A stretch of DNA of 64,000 bases from Panacagrimonas sp. (GTDB taxonomy: Bacteria; Pseudomonadota; Gammaproteobacteria; Nevskiales; Nevskiaceae). The stretch lies in contig JBKJPX010000103.1 of NCBI GenBank assembly GCA_046594215.1, positions 4,923-68,922 of the forward strand, read 5' to 3'. Shown in pieces: positions 8,826 to 18,940 of this stretch (positions are counted from its first letter, which is position 1; every line of letters starts with the position of its first letter). The position numbers and the translations under genes were made by a program. Below the pieces are notes generated by a model that had not been told where the DNA came from, ran no database searches, and saw only the letters and a program-made list of their open reading frames with translations.

Positions 8826-10538
8826 TCAGGGCGTGGTGACCGGCGCCCGTGGCGTGCCCGCCAGCTGCGTCTTCCGAGAGGGTCGGTAGGGCTCACCGTC
8901 GGCCGTGTGCCGCTCGCGCGGCTGGAAGGTATCCGCGGTGAGCACGTCGCCCGGCTGGTCACGGCGCGTCTTCACCTTGAGCAGGTCCAGTACCGTCCAG
9001 TCGAGCACGTCGGTCTGGTAGGGACGTTCCTCGAGCTCAGCCTTGCGTGCCGGGTCAACGGGTGCAGGCGTCCACACCAGCAAGGGAATCACCTGGCCGG
9101 CTTCGTCGGGCGAGTGGCCGGTGAAATCTCGCGTATGACCCACTTCCTCGGCGTGGTCCGAGGTGTAGAGCCACGCGGCGCTCTGCGTGCCGACGGCGTT
9201 CTTGAAGTCGCCGAGCAAGCGGCTGATGACCTGGTCCTGGTAGAGCATCGCGTCGTCGTACTGGTCGCGCTTGAGGCGCACCCATTCGGGCCGGCCCTCG
9301 GCTTCGAGATCGCGGTCCACGGCGTCGACGGTCTCCTCGAAGTGGCGCAGGTGATCGGGGACGCGCAGATCGTAGTGGGCGTGCGCGCCCATCAGGTGCG
9401 CGATGATCAGCTTGCGCGGTGCGGGATCGGCAAGCGCGGCCTTCCACTCGGGAAGCAGGCGCTCGTCCAGACTGCGCTCGGCGATGGTGCCGGTGTTGAG
9501 CATGCGCTGTACGTCGGCCTCCTCGGCGAAGCGCGTGCTGATGTAACGGTCGTGCTGGTTGCTGATCCAGAACACCTTGTAGCCGGCCGCGCGCGCCAGC
9601 ATCAGCACGCTGGGCAGCGCTTCTTCGTTCGGATTGTCGTGCAGCGTGCGTGGCGTCAGCATCTGGCGAAACGACGACACGGTGCCGGAGGCGGCCGAGA
9701 TCACGTCGCGGAAGACGAGCAGGTCGTCCGACTGTTTGAGCAGTTCCGGCGTTGTGGGTCGCGAGTAGCCGTAGAGCTGCCAGTCCCAGCGGTTGGTGCT
9801 CTCGCCGATGACCAGGCCCACGGTGTGCTTCTCGGGCCCCACATAGGTCGGCTGCCATTCGCCGAGGCGCGTGCGCGCGGCCTCGCGCTTGCTGCGCAGG
9901 GTGTCGATGTTGGCGCGGAACTCTTCGACCGTCGCGGCCTGAACCGGCCAGAACACCAGCGGGTTGGCGTGGCGTACGCCGGGGTGCAGGTGCAGCAATG
10001 CGAACACCACCGTGAACGCCACGAGGTTTCGTCGCCGGGAGCCGCTGTGTCCCGACGCGGGTCGCGTGGCCATGAAGAGCAGCACCAGCAGCACCGACAG
10101 CTGCAAGGTGTAGGTGCCGAGCAGGCGCCAGTAGTTCATCAGGAACTCGGCAGACTCGTCGCTGTTGGTGTTCGATATCGCCTCGATCACAAGCGCGGCA
10201 TCGGGACGGCTCTTGTAGACCGCGATCAGGAAGGCCTTCACGCCGAGGTCGGCCACGAACGCAAGGTTCCAGGCCAGGGGCATCCAGTGTCCACGCGGGC
10301 TGCTGCGCCCGAGCACGTAGAGAAGGTGTGCGCCGACGCAGTAGACGACGGCGGCTTCGACAGTGTCGCGCCAGCCCAGCTTCATGAGGCCGTAACCGCA
10401 GGCCACCAGCACGGTGCCGGTCAGGGCGGGATGGCGACGAACCACCGCGACGAAAGCGCGCATCAGGGCGCGTCCACGGGATTCGCCCGGCGTCGTCTTA
10501 TCGACGTCCCGGGCGTTCGTGTCGTCGTTTTGGCTCAT
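8826..10538 (-). CDS. Phosphoethanolamine transferase family protein (membrane N-terminus plus sulfatase-type domain)
   Basis: VIGESTNRWDWQLYGYSRPTTPEL, SGTVSS and HLMGAHAHYDLRVPDHLRHF resemble EptA/CptA motifs. Hydrophobic N-terminal helices. Start set at MSQNDD (cat at 10536-10538). The longer ORF extension is low-complexity. Confidence 0.8.
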   Translation of the reverse strand: MSQNDDTNARDVDKTTPGESRGRALMRAFVAVVRRHPALTGTVLVACGYGLMKLGWRDTVEAAVVYCVGAHLLYVLGRSSPRGHWMPLAWNLAFVADLGVKAFLIAVYKSRPDAALVIEAISNTNSDESAEFLMNYWRLLGTYTLQLSVLLVLLFMATRPASGHSGSRRRNLVAFTVVFALLHLHPGVRHANPLVFWPVQAATVEEFRANIDTLRSKREAARTRLGEWQPTYVGPEKHTVGLVIGESTNRWDWQLYGYSRPTTPELLKQSDDLLVFRDVISAASGTVSSFRQMLTPRTLHDNPNEEALPSVLMLARAAGYKVFWISNQHDRYISTRFAEEADVQRMLNTGTIAERSLDERLLPEWKAALADPAPRKLIIAHLMGAHAHYDLRVPDHLRHFEETVDAVDRDLEAEGRPEWVRLKRDQYDDAMLYQDQVISRLLGDFKNAVGTQSAAWLYTSDHAEEVGHTRDFTGHSPDEAGQVIPLLVWTPAPVDPARKAELEERPYQTDVLDWTVLDLLKVKTRRDQPGDVLTADTFQPRERHTADGEPYRPSRKTQLAGTPRAPVTTP

Positions 10539-10690
10539 GGGGCCCGGTCCGTCTTTCTTCCTGTCGAATGGACGAGCCAAGGAGCCCGCGCGTCCGCGAG
10601 TGAATAACGTCGCGGTGGTGAACGTCGAATGAATCAGCAACGCGCATGCCGGGGCGAGCGAGCAGGCGATGCGTGCATCGATCGCAGGCG

Positions 10691-11764
10691 CTAGCGGGGG
10701 CCGCAGACCTTCAAGCGATGGCGCAAGCGATGGCGCCAACGAATCAATGAATGCTCCCAATGCAGCAGGCGGGTAGCGCGCAGAGCGGCCCGCAGCACGC
10801 GTCGCAGGGCGCTCGGTCCTTCCACCCGGTCAGGCCCCAGCGCGCCGGACACGGGCCCGAAATAGGGCAGTTCCTCGTCGGGTCCGTCAAACGCCATCAT
10901 CGCGTCGACGAAGTTGCGTTTGCGCAACTCGAGCGACGGCCTGAACGCGGGCTGCACGTCGTCCGGGGGCTGCACGAAGGGGTTGGTGTTGATCTCGAAC
11001 ACCTGCAGCCGGCCCTTGGAGAATCCGTAGTCCATGCGCCCATATTCGATGCGTGCCATTTCGAACAGGGGCATCAGCACCGCGGCGTGAGGGTTCTGGT
11101 TCTGCAGATCAAGATCCTTACCCAGCCATTCGTCTGCGCTGAACTCGCTCTCCTCACCCTTGCAGACCCAGTGCGTGTTCACCGACAGGTCGTTGGCGAA
11201 CAGGCGATCGCCCACACGCAGCGCGCTGTACTTTTCGTGCAGCCCCTGCGTGTTGCGCACGTCGACGTACTCGACGACCAGGTAGTCCGCAGGATCGATG
11301 CCCGGCGTCGCCATCAGAACGCGCAGTGCCTCGTCGAGCGCGGCCTGAGATTCGATCAGCGCGGTCTGCGGGCCGGTATGGTCGACGGAGTGCCTGATGA
11401 ACACCGGAAAGCGCCAGTTCTGCAGCCGTTCGCCGACTGCCGCGGCGCGAAAGTCGTTCACGCCGGCTCGATGCAGCAATTGCAGTAGCGCCGCCCGGCC
11501 CTGGCTGTGCAAGGGATGGTTGAGAACGCGCAGCTCGGGCCGTGTCGTGACCAGGGCATCGAGCCGACGCGCGACGGCCTCGCGCGCGTCGCGGCGCAGC
11601 CGGTCGACGTCAGCCAGGATGTAGTGCCCCGACGGCAACTCGCGCCACGCCAGGAATTCGCCGTAGGTCATCGTGATGACACGGCGCGTCAGGGCCGTGG
11701 CCCGGCCCTCGAGGAACACCTTGAGGGTGTAGTCGTGACGCGCCGTAGTCAGGAAGACGAGCAT
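10691..11764 (-). CDS. Hypothetical protein with ATP-grasp-like C-terminal half
   Basis: 358 aa from MLVFLTT. YLVVEYVDVRNTQGLHEKYSALRVGDRLF ... GRMDYGFSKGRLQVFEINTNP resembles the ATP-grasp central/C-terminal pattern (E-x-N-x-x-P). The 132-codon N-terminal extension in the ORF track is Arg/Pro-rich and was rejected. Confidence 0.45.
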   Translation of the reverse strand: MLVFLTTARHDYTLKVFLEGRATALTRRVITMTYGEFLAWRELPSGHYILADVDRLRRDAREAVARRLDALVTTRPELRVLNHPLHSQGRAALLQLLHRAGVNDFRAAAVGERLQNWRFPVFIRHSVDHTGPQTALIESQAALDEALRVLMATPGIDPADYLVVEYVDVRNTQGLHEKYSALRVGDRLFANDLSVNTHWVCKGEESEFSADEWLGKDLDLQNQNPHAAVLMPLFEMARIEYGRMDYGFSKGRLQVFEINTNPFVQPPDDVQPAFRPSLELRKRNFVDAMMAFDGPDEELPYFGPVSGALGPDRVEGPSALRRVLRAALRATRLLHWEHSLIRWRHRLRHRLKVCGPR

Positions 11765-11925
11765 CGTGCGGGTGTCGCGGCAGGGGTCGCGCAGCAACGC
11801 GCGAGGGTGGGGCGCAGGCAAGTCTATCCGTCGCCGGGCGGCGGTCGCCTGGGAGGCGAGTCCGCGGCCGCGTCGGCACAATGTCCTGAGGCGATGTCGT
11901 CGCCCTCCCGCGGGAATCCTCCTTG

Positions 11926-13371
11926 ATGCGAGCGGCCACGCCGTTGCTGCAAATGCTGACCTCGTCCGGCTTCGACGCGCTGGGCCGCGTGCTGCTGCAG
12001 GTAATGGCGACCGTGATGTTTGCGCGCCTGCTGGAGCCGGGAACCTTCGGGCTGGCGGCGCTCGCGGCCGTCTACGTGGGCGTTCCTTCGATGGTCGTGA
12101 CCGCGTTGTTCGAGGAAGCGCTGGCGCAGCGACGACGCGTGCGCAGCGCCTACTTCGCATCGGCCCTGGGCGCGGTCCTGTTGCTGGGGGTGGCGCTGGT
12201 CGCCGTGATCGGCGCCTTGTCGGCCTTCCTGCCGCTGGAGGACGGCCCGACAGACGCCGCGCTCTCGCTCGCCAGCGTCTACGCCGTGATCCTGTTCGCC
12301 GATGGGCCGCTGTCGATTTACACGGCGATCGCGCGTCGCCACCGCCGTTTCCGGGACATTGCTCTGGGAAACCTGCTGGGCCTGCTCATCGGGACGCTGG
12401 TCGGCCTGGGCTTGGCCTGGAACGGTGCCGGGGCCTGGAGCCTGCTCTCGGTACAGCCGGTCGCGCGCTACGTGAACCTGCTGTGCCTGGTGACGCGCAG
12501 CCCGGTGTCGATCCGTCCCACGTTCCACCTGCAGCCCCTCCGCGCACTCTGGCAGTTCGGCGGCTGGCACCTCGCGGGGCGCGTCGTGGAGAGCATGAGT
12601 GAGCTCACGGTGCAGACCCTGGTGACCCGTCACTTCGGGCTGCAGGGCAACGGGCTCCTGAACATGGCGATGCGCATCGTCGAGCCTATCCGCGGGATCA
12701 CGGGCTCGGTCGGACACAACATCGCGACCGCTTACTACACGCGGCTTCAGGCCGACCCCACGCGCCTAGCCTCTGCGGTGAGACAGACCATCGCCGACAC
12801 CGCGCTGCTACTGCAGCCGGTGTTCGTGGGCCTCGCGCTGACCGCACCGCTGATCATCCTGGTGCTGGCCGGCCCCGCATGGTCGCCGGCGGCGCCGATC
12901 GCAATCCTGCTCGCGCTGGCGGCCGCAGTCGCGAGCGCCAGTAATTTTCTGCACAGTGGGCTTTCGGCCAGCGGCCGGGCGGATCTCGGCTTCGGCTTCG
13001 GCCTGCTCGAATGGGGCGCGAGCGCCGGGTTCATCGTCCTGTTCGCATCTCTGGGCCCGGTCGCAGCCGGCCTGGCGCGCCTGCTGGCCTGGCTGATCGA
13101 TGCGATCGCGGCGCTGGTCGCGGCGCGCCGGGTGTTCGCGCTTTCAGCCGTGCCGGTCCTGAAGGCCCTGGGCGTGGCGATGGCCCTGACCGCGGGCATG
13201 GCAGTCGCGGTTGTGGCGGCGCGGTTCTGGGGCGAGTCGATGGCGCCAGCGCTGCAGCTGGCGTCTGCCGTCCTTGCCGGCGTGGCCTCCTACGCGGCGC
13301 TGCTGCTGGCGTTTCGCAGGAACCAGGTCCGGGTCATCGGCGCACGCCTGCGGGGCCGAGGCGCTGGCTAG
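11926..13371 (+). CDS. Polysaccharide/oligosaccharide flippase (Wzx/PST family, multi-pass membrane protein)
   Basis: About 481 aa and very hydrophobic, with many predicted TM helices. The N-terminus GRVLLQVMATVMFARLLEPGTFGLAAL is typical of PST-family transporters. Divergent from the ATP-grasp-like gene. Confidence 0.75.
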   Translation: MRAATPLLQMLTSSGFDALGRVLLQVMATVMFARLLEPGTFGLAALAAVYVGVPSMVVTALFEEALAQRRRVRSAYFASALGAVLLLGVALVAVIGALSAFLPLEDGPTDAALSLASVYAVILFADGPLSIYTAIARRHRRFRDIALGNLLGLLIGTLVGLGLAWNGAGAWSLLSVQPVARYVNLLCLVTRSPVSIRPTFHLQPLRALWQFGGWHLAGRVVESMSELTVQTLVTRHFGLQGNGLLNMAMRIVEPIRGITGSVGHNIATAYYTRLQADPTRLASAVRQTIADTALLLQPVFVGLALTAPLIILVLAGPAWSPAAPIAILLALAAAVASASNFLHSGLSASGRADLGFGFGLLEWGASAGFIVLFASLGPVAAGLARLLAWLIDAIAALVAARRVFALSAVPVLKALGVAMALTAGMAVAVVAARFWGESMAPALQLASAVLAGVASYAALLLAFRRNQVRVIGARLRGRGAG

Positions 13372-13646
13372 GGAATGGCTGAGCCGGCTCGAGACGTCAC
13401 AGGATCGGGCGAATGGTCGCGGACCTCACGCCTTGCGCAGGTAGGAATGATCGAGGGATGACTGCGGCCCACGCCCATGGAACCCGCCGAACTGATTCGT
13501 GCCGTCGCGATGCTGCTGGCGACAACGTGTCAAGCACCGCGAAGGCTGTGCTTTAGCGCCGCCGAAGATTGCGGGGTCCTAGCTGTGCTGCAGCCACGTC
13601 TGCGACGATTGCTCCGTGGGTTCGTCCCAGGTCCCTTTCGGCCGAG

Positions 13647-14639
13647 CTAGTCCGACGACAACCGGCGCAGCCGCAAGGCTTCGAGCGCGAGCCGCCAGCG
13701 CCGCTGGATCTGCCTCGCGCCGCGCCATCCCAGGAGACGGACGCCGAGTTTGAACAGCGGTCCGCGGAATGGCTGGCTGCCGTCGCTTCCTCCGACCTCC
13801 TCGAGACGCGACCGCGCTGCCTCGTGGATGTCCGGGAATTGCGGATACGTCATGTACATGAGTTCCTCGAACGCATTACCGCAGGCGCCGCGGGTGCGCG
13901 CGCCATCGTCCACGGCCAGCAGGCGCTCGGCGATCAGGCAGGTGGAGCGCAGGCGCGACGATCGCGCCGCGTGATCGGTGCGCCGGCTGATCGATTTCTT
14001 TCGGGTGACGCGGTAATAGCTGCGGGCTTGATCGCAGAAGCGCGCGCCCGAGGATGCGAGAAGCACGCGGGAGAAGTATTCGCCGTCCTGGTTCTGCAGC
14101 AGCGTGTCGTCCCAGCGATCCGCGGCCCGCGCAATCCCAGCGGGCGTGAGCCAGGAATGCGGCGCCATCATGCCGCCGTCCGACCACGCGGAGACCAGCC
14201 AGGCGTGGCCGTCCATGTCTTTCCAGTTCGCGCGGGGCTCGAAACGTGCCTGCGCCAGGTCATCGTCGAACTGGGCGAACGGACCGAAATAGACCACCGA
14301 ATCGCCTTCCTCCGACCAGCGTGCGACTTGCCGCTCGATCTTGTCGGGGGCCAGGACGTCGTCGGCGTCGAGGATCTGGATCAGGGCGCCGCGCGCTTCG
14401 CTCAGGCCCGCGTTGCGGGCGACGCAGGCGCCGGACGCGGTCAGCCGGATCAGCTTGATGCGCGGGTCTTGCATGGACTCGACGATCGCCGCGGTCTCGT
14501 CCGTCGAGCCGTCGTCCACCACCAGCAGTTCGAGCTCGCGGTGTGTCTGGCCTAGCGCGCTGGCCAGCGACTCGCGAACCCATCGGCTCTCGTCGCGGCA
14601 CGCCATGATGATCGAAACCAGAGGTGGTGCTGCACTCAC
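13647..14639 (-). CDS. Family 2 glycosyltransferase
   Basis: VSIIMACRDESRWVRESLASALGQTHRELELLVVDDGSTDET ... ILDADD (DxD) is the classic GT2 layout. Start placed at the GTG at 14639 (AGGGAA lies upstream). The ATG at 14729 is an alternative. Confidence 0.85.
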   Translation of the reverse strand: MSAAPPLVSIIMACRDESRWVRESLASALGQTHRELELLVVDDGSTDETAAIVESMQDPRIKLIRLTASGACVARNAGLSEARGALIQILDADDVLAPDKIERQVARWSEEGDSVVYFGPFAQFDDDLAQARFEPRANWKDMDGHAWLVSAWSDGGMMAPHSWLTPAGIARAADRWDDTLLQNQDGEYFSRVLLASSGARFCDQARSYYRVTRKKSISRRTDHAARSSRLRSTCLIAERLLAVDDGARTRGACGNAFEELMYMTYPQFPDIHEAARSRLEEVGGSDGSQPFRGPLFKLGVRLLGWRGARQIQRRWRLALEALRLRRLSSD

Positions 14640-14787
14640 GCTGCGTTCCCTGACGTTGCCACCGCCCGTTTGCACGACCCGGTTCGCCGGGTGTTTCGCC
14701 CCAGGCGCAAGGCGATGCTCCAAGCACATGCTAAGGATCGATAGGGCGCGGTGCCAGTCGGGGCCGTCGATTCCCCCCGATCACCGG

Positions 14788-15987
14788 TCACGCGCTTGGC
14801 TCGGCCACCGCCCGCGGCTTCATCAGGCCAGGAGGGCCCTCGATCCACAGGATGATCGCCCGCTGCGCCGCGTTCATCAGCCCGGTCAGCATGTGGGCCG
14901 ACAGGACGGCCAGCACGACACCGATCGCCGCGTTGCCCCAGTGCCCGAAGGGCAGGACGCGCGTGTTGATGTAGAGCAGCACGTCAAGAATCGGGTAGTG
15001 CACCAGGTACAGCGCGTAGCTGATTCGTCCGAGGTAGCTCGGCACGCGACTGCGGAAGAACGACGAGGCGCGCGAGCCGGTACTAAGCAACAGGGCGCCG
15101 ATAAGGGCCGCTGCGCCAAAGCAGCTCATGATGCTCATCGGTGTCCACTGGAAATAATCGATCGGCACGTCCTGGACGATCCAGCGGTAGTACACCTCCG
15201 GGATCCCGCTGCCTTGCAGGAAGATCGACATCGCGAGCACGAAGGCGACCAGCGACAGCTGCGCCCAGGACCGGACCTGCTCCGGGCGCACGCCAGGACG
15301 CGAGATCACGTAATGGAAGAACAGCGCGATGCCGATGCCGTAGCCGAACGCGTCGAGGCGATAGGGGAGCAGCGGCGACACCACGAGGCCCGACGCGCGC
15401 GAGCCAATTCCGATCGCGCAGAAGAGCAGGGCCACGGCGACTTTCATCCAGGGCTTCTTGGCAACGAAGAACAGCACGCCCCAGATCACGTAGAACTGTT
15501 CTTCCAGCGCCAGCGACCACGTGTGGTAGAGGAAGCGCAGGGACGAATTCCAGATCGTCAGCTCGTTTGTCGAGCCGTACAGGTCCGTGAACTGCACATA
15601 GAACACGTAGGGGATGAGTTCGGTCAGCGAGTAGCGGTGCAACGTAACGTGCGAGCTGGCGAGGTCGATGGCGATCAGCAGCATCGCGATCGCGAGCAGC
15701 AGCGCGTAGTAGCCGGGGAAGATGCGGGCGACGCGTCGCACGTAGAAGTGCTTCATGCGTGAGCCCACGGTCGGCCCCTGCCATTCCAGCAGTCCGAGCG
15801 TGATCAGGAAAGCCGAGAGCGCGAAGAAGCAGTCCATCATCGAGATCAGCCAGAACCCCGGGCGAACGTCGGCGTGTACGAACACGACACCGAGCGCCAG
15901 GATGCCGCGGATACCGAGCAGTTCGGGAAATCGCGGCGTGGCCTGGACGCCCGGCGCGCTGGGAACGGAACCGATCTGATTCACCAC
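14788..15987 (-). CDS. Acyltransferase family 3 membrane protein (O-acyltransferase, OafA-like)
   Basis: 399 aa, about 10 hydrophobic segments. The N-terminal GIRGILALGVVFVHA motif is typical of acyltransferase_3. GTG start. Confidence 0.8.
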   Translation of the reverse strand: MVNQIGSVPSAPGVQATPRFPELLGIRGILALGVVFVHADVRPGFWLISMMDCFFALSAFLITLGLLEWQGPTVGSRMKHFYVRRVARIFPGYYALLLAIAMLLIAIDLASSHVTLHRYSLTELIPYVFYVQFTDLYGSTNELTIWNSSLRFLYHTWSLALEEQFYVIWGVLFFVAKKPWMKVAVALLFCAIGIGSRASGLVVSPLLPYRLDAFGYGIGIALFFHYVISRPGVRPEQVRSWAQLSLVAFVLAMSIFLQGSGIPEVYYRWIVQDVPIDYFQWTPMSIMSCFGAAALIGALLLSTGSRASSFFRSRVPSYLGRISYALYLVHYPILDVLLYINTRVLPFGHWGNAAIGVVLAVLSAHMLTGLMNAAQRAIILWIEGPPGLMKPRAVAEPSA

Positions 15988-16202
15988 AATGCGCGTGTCT
16001 GGAGCCGTTCCGCCGTGAAACCGCGAGCCGGGCGCTGCCCGGAGAGATTCGAGTCGCGCCCAACGTCCTCGGGCGGTGTTCCATGGTTCGATGTCGCATA
16101 CAGGCCGTCAAGCCCGCGCAATGACGTAATGCACGTTGCCGGCGCGGCCGGTGGCAGAATGGCCCCGCCGCCCAGTCGCGGCTCTGACCGCCGTCGCCAG
16201 AC

Positions 16203-17267
16203 ATGACCGCCACGATCGATCGCGAAGCCCCCGTCCTCGTCACCGGCGCCAGCGGCTACATCGCCAGCTGGATCGTCAAATACCTGCTCGAAGACGGCCG
16301 CACCGTTCATGCCACGGTGCGCGATCCCTCGAAGAAGTCGAGCGTCGGGCATCTCGAGACGATCGCGGCCAAGTCCGGCGGAAAGCTGAAATTCTTCAAG
16401 GCCGAGCTGCTCGAGCAGGGCAGTTACGACGCTGCGGCCCAGGATTGCGAGCTAGTGATGCACACGGCCTCGCCGTTCATCATCGGCGGCTTCGCCGATG
16501 CCAACGAAGCGCTCGTGCGACCGGCGGTGGAGGGCACGCGCAACGTGCTCGAGACCTGCAATCGCACCGCGAGCGTCAAGCGGGTGGTCCTCACCACGAG
16601 CATCGCGGCCGTGTTCGGCGACAACCAGGACCTCAGGAAGATCAAGGGCGGCGTGTTCAACGAAGAGCACTGGAACACCTCGAGCTCCGTCGCCCACCAG
16701 CCCTATTCCTACTCCAAGGTCGCCGCCGAACGGGAGGCCTGGAAGATCGCCAAGGCGCAGCAGCGATGGGACCTGGTCTGCATCAACCCGGCGTTCGTGC
16801 TCGGCCCATCGCTGACCAAGGTCAGCGCCTCGACGAGCATCGAGACGATCCAGAACCTGGGCAGCGGCAAGCTGCGCGCTGGCGTGCCGCGACTGCTGTT
16901 CAGCCTGGTCGACGTGCGCGACGTCGCCAAGGCCCACATCCTGGCCGGCGACACGCCGGGCGCGAACGGTCGCCACATCATCGCGGCCCGCGAGGCCTCG
17001 CTGCTCGACATGGCGAAGATCCTGGCGCGGAAGTTTCCGAAGTACCCCTTTCCGAAGATGGAAGTGCCGAAGCTCGCGGCCTGGCTGTTCGGGCCGATCT
17101 CGTCGGGCATCTCGCGCAAGTTCGTCAGCACGAACGTCGGCTGGCCGCTAAAGCTCGACAACTCGCGCAGCAAGCGCGAACTGGGGCTCAAGTACCGTCC
17201 TATCGAGACAACGCTCGCCGAGCACTTCCAGCAGCTGATCGACGACGGGCTGCTCAAGGCCCGTTGA
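16203..17267 (+). CDS. NAD(P)-dependent extended SDR (aldehyde/cinnamoyl-CoA/dihydroflavonol reductase-like)
   Basis: VLVTGASGYIASWIVKYLLEDG Rossmann motif and a YSYSK (YxxxK) active-site motif. 354 aa. Confidence 0.8.
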   Translation: MTATIDREAPVLVTGASGYIASWIVKYLLEDGRTVHATVRDPSKKSSVGHLETIAAKSGGKLKFFKAELLEQGSYDAAAQDCELVMHTASPFIIGGFADANEALVRPAVEGTRNVLETCNRTASVKRVVLTTSIAAVFGDNQDLRKIKGGVFNEEHWNTSSSVAHQPYSYSKVAAEREAWKIAKAQQRWDLVCINPAFVLGPSLTKVSASTSIETIQNLGSGKLRAGVPRLLFSLVDVRDVAKAHILAGDTPGANGRHIIAAREASLLDMAKILARKFPKYPFPKMEVPKLAAWLFGPISSGISRKFVSTNVGWPLKLDNSRSKRELGLKYRPIETTLAEHFQQLIDDGLLKAR

Positions 17268-17314
17268 GCAATGCCCGCAGTCCCCGGCCGGGGACTGCGG
17301 GACTGTTGCGGTCC

Positions 17315-18808
17315 TCAGGCCGCCAGGGACAGGGGCTCGTCCACAGCCGTTGAGGCCGCGCCGAACTGCAGCACCCCGTCGTCGATGGGGTCTTGCAGCA
17401 GCATCGGGCGGTCCGACTCAAGGTTGTGCGTAACCGTCCATGGCGCCTTGCTGCCTTGGCGCATGATCTTTTGCTTGCCGCGCTTCACGTAGCCCGATCG
17501 CAGCGAGCCGAAGATCGACTCTTCGCTCGTGCAGTTGTCGAGGTCGACGGGCGTGGCGACCTCGAGACCCTTCTGGTCGAGGTAGTTGATGAGCCGGCAG
17601 ACGTAGGCCGAGGACAGGTCCGCCTTCATCGTCCAGCTCAGGTTCGTGTAGCCCACGATCGCCGCCATGTTCGGCAGGTCCTCGAGCATCACGGCCTTGT
17701 ACATCTTCTTCTCCTCGACGTGATGCACCTGGCCGTCGACGCGTACTTCCATGCCGCCAAAGGTCTGCATCTGCAGGCCCGTGGCCGTCACGACGATATC
17801 GGCCTTGAGTTCCTCCCCCGAGACCAGGCGGATGCCGTTGGGGGTGAACGTGTCGATGTGATCGGTGACGACCGAGGCCTGGCCGCTGCGCAGCACCCTG
17901 AACAGGTCGCCGTCGGGCACCGCGCACAGGCGCTCGTCCCAGGGGTTGTAGTTCGGGGTGAAATGCTTCATGTCGAAGTCGGGGCCGAGCTGCTTGGCGA
18001 CCTCGCCCTGCAGCAGCTTGCGCATGGCCTTGGGCCAGCGCTGCGCCGCCTTGTAGCTCCAGCGGTAGAACTTGATGTTGCGCAGCCGCGTGAGGCGATG
18101 CGTCCACTTCTCGGGCAGGAACCTCTGCAGCACCTCGGTGATCTTGTCGTGGTTGGGCAGGCTGAATACGTAGGAAGGCGAACGCTGCAGCATGGTGACG
18201 TGCGCGGCCTTTTCCGCCATCGACGGCACCAGCGTCACGGCGGTTGCGCCGCTGCCGATCACGACGACGCGCTTTCCGGCGTAGTCGAGGTGCTCGGGCC
18301 AGAACTGCGGGTGGATGCGCGTGCCCTTGAACTGCTCGATGCCAGGGAATTCGGGCAGGTAGCCGCCGTCGTAGTTGTAGTACCCCGTGCCCATCACGAC
18401 GAAGCGCGCCGTGACCTCGCGGGTCTGGCCGCTGGATTCGTGGAGGGCGGTGAGGGTCCAACGACGACGCGCGCTCGACCAGTCGGCGCGCTGCACCTTG
18501 AGGCCGTACTGGATCTTCTGGTCCACGCCGAACTCGCGCGCGGTGTCGCCGATGTACTGTCGGATGGATGGGCCGTCGGCGAGCACCTTGAGACTGCGCC
18601 AGGGACGGAAGCCGAAGCCGAACGTGAACATGTCGGAGTCCGAGCGGATGCCGGGGTAGCGGAACAGGTCCCAGGTGCCGCCCAGCGATTCGCGCCGCTC
18701 GAGGATCGTGATCCGCTTCCCGGGGCACTCGCGGCTGAGCTGGCAGGCCATGCCGACGCCGGAAAGGCCGGCACCGATGATCAGCACGTCGTAATGGGGC
18801 AAATCCAT
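17315..18808 (-). CDS. Type I Baeyer-Villiger (flavin-containing) monooxygenase
   Basis: GAGLSGVG FAD motif, the FKGTRIHPQFWP fingerprint (FxGxxxHxxxWP) and a GSGATAV NADPH motif. Start at MDLPHYD, with GAGGAG about 8 nt upstream. Confidence 0.88.
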   Translation of the reverse strand: MDLPHYDVLIIGAGLSGVGMACQLSRECPGKRITILERRESLGGTWDLFRYPGIRSDSDMFTFGFGFRPWRSLKVLADGPSIRQYIGDTAREFGVDQKIQYGLKVQRADWSSARRRWTLTALHESSGQTREVTARFVVMGTGYYNYDGGYLPEFPGIEQFKGTRIHPQFWPEHLDYAGKRVVVIGSGATAVTLVPSMAEKAAHVTMLQRSPSYVFSLPNHDKITEVLQRFLPEKWTHRLTRLRNIKFYRWSYKAAQRWPKAMRKLLQGEVAKQLGPDFDMKHFTPNYNPWDERLCAVPDGDLFRVLRSGQASVVTDHIDTFTPNGIRLVSGEELKADIVVTATGLQMQTFGGMEVRVDGQVHHVEEKKMYKAVMLEDLPNMAAIVGYTNLSWTMKADLSSAYVCRLINYLDQKGLEVATPVDLDNCTSEESIFGSLRSGYVKRGKQKIMRQGSKAPWTVTHNLESDRPMLLQDPIDDGVLQFGAASTAVDEPLSLAA

Positions 18809-18909
18809 GGTCCGTTTCTCCTCGGAGTGTCGCTGTTGGGTCGGGAGCGGCGGTCGCGCTGCTCGATGACGCCATCGTGCGCCTGTAGTCGCGATAAAAC
18901 TTGATCGAT

Positions 18910-18940
18910 CGCGCGGAATACTTGACCCTGCGCGCGGAAT
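18910..18940. promoter_or_regulatory. Two perfect 10-bp direct repeats (CGCGCGGAAT) spaced 21 bp start-to-start in the BVMO/AraC divergent spacer; candidate AraC-type operator
   Basis: CGCGCGGAAT occurs at 18910-18919 and again at 18931-18940. The 21-bp phasing equals two helical turns, as is typical for AraC/XylS half-sites. No experimental support. Confidence 0.3.

Noticed and set aside
10539-12160. N-terminal extensions offered by the ORF track for the phosphoethanolamine transferase (to 10760) and the ATP-grasp-like gene (to 12160). Similar extensions are offered for the BVMO (to 18955), cmk (from 20046), rpsA (from 20947), tyrA (from 5999), the second ACAD (from 52834), the TBDR (from 57118) and the second SDR (from 59508).
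   Set aside because: The extensions are Arg/Pro/Ala-rich or overlap the upstream gene out of frame. Internal starts with plausible RBS sequences reproduce the canonical N-termini of the families.
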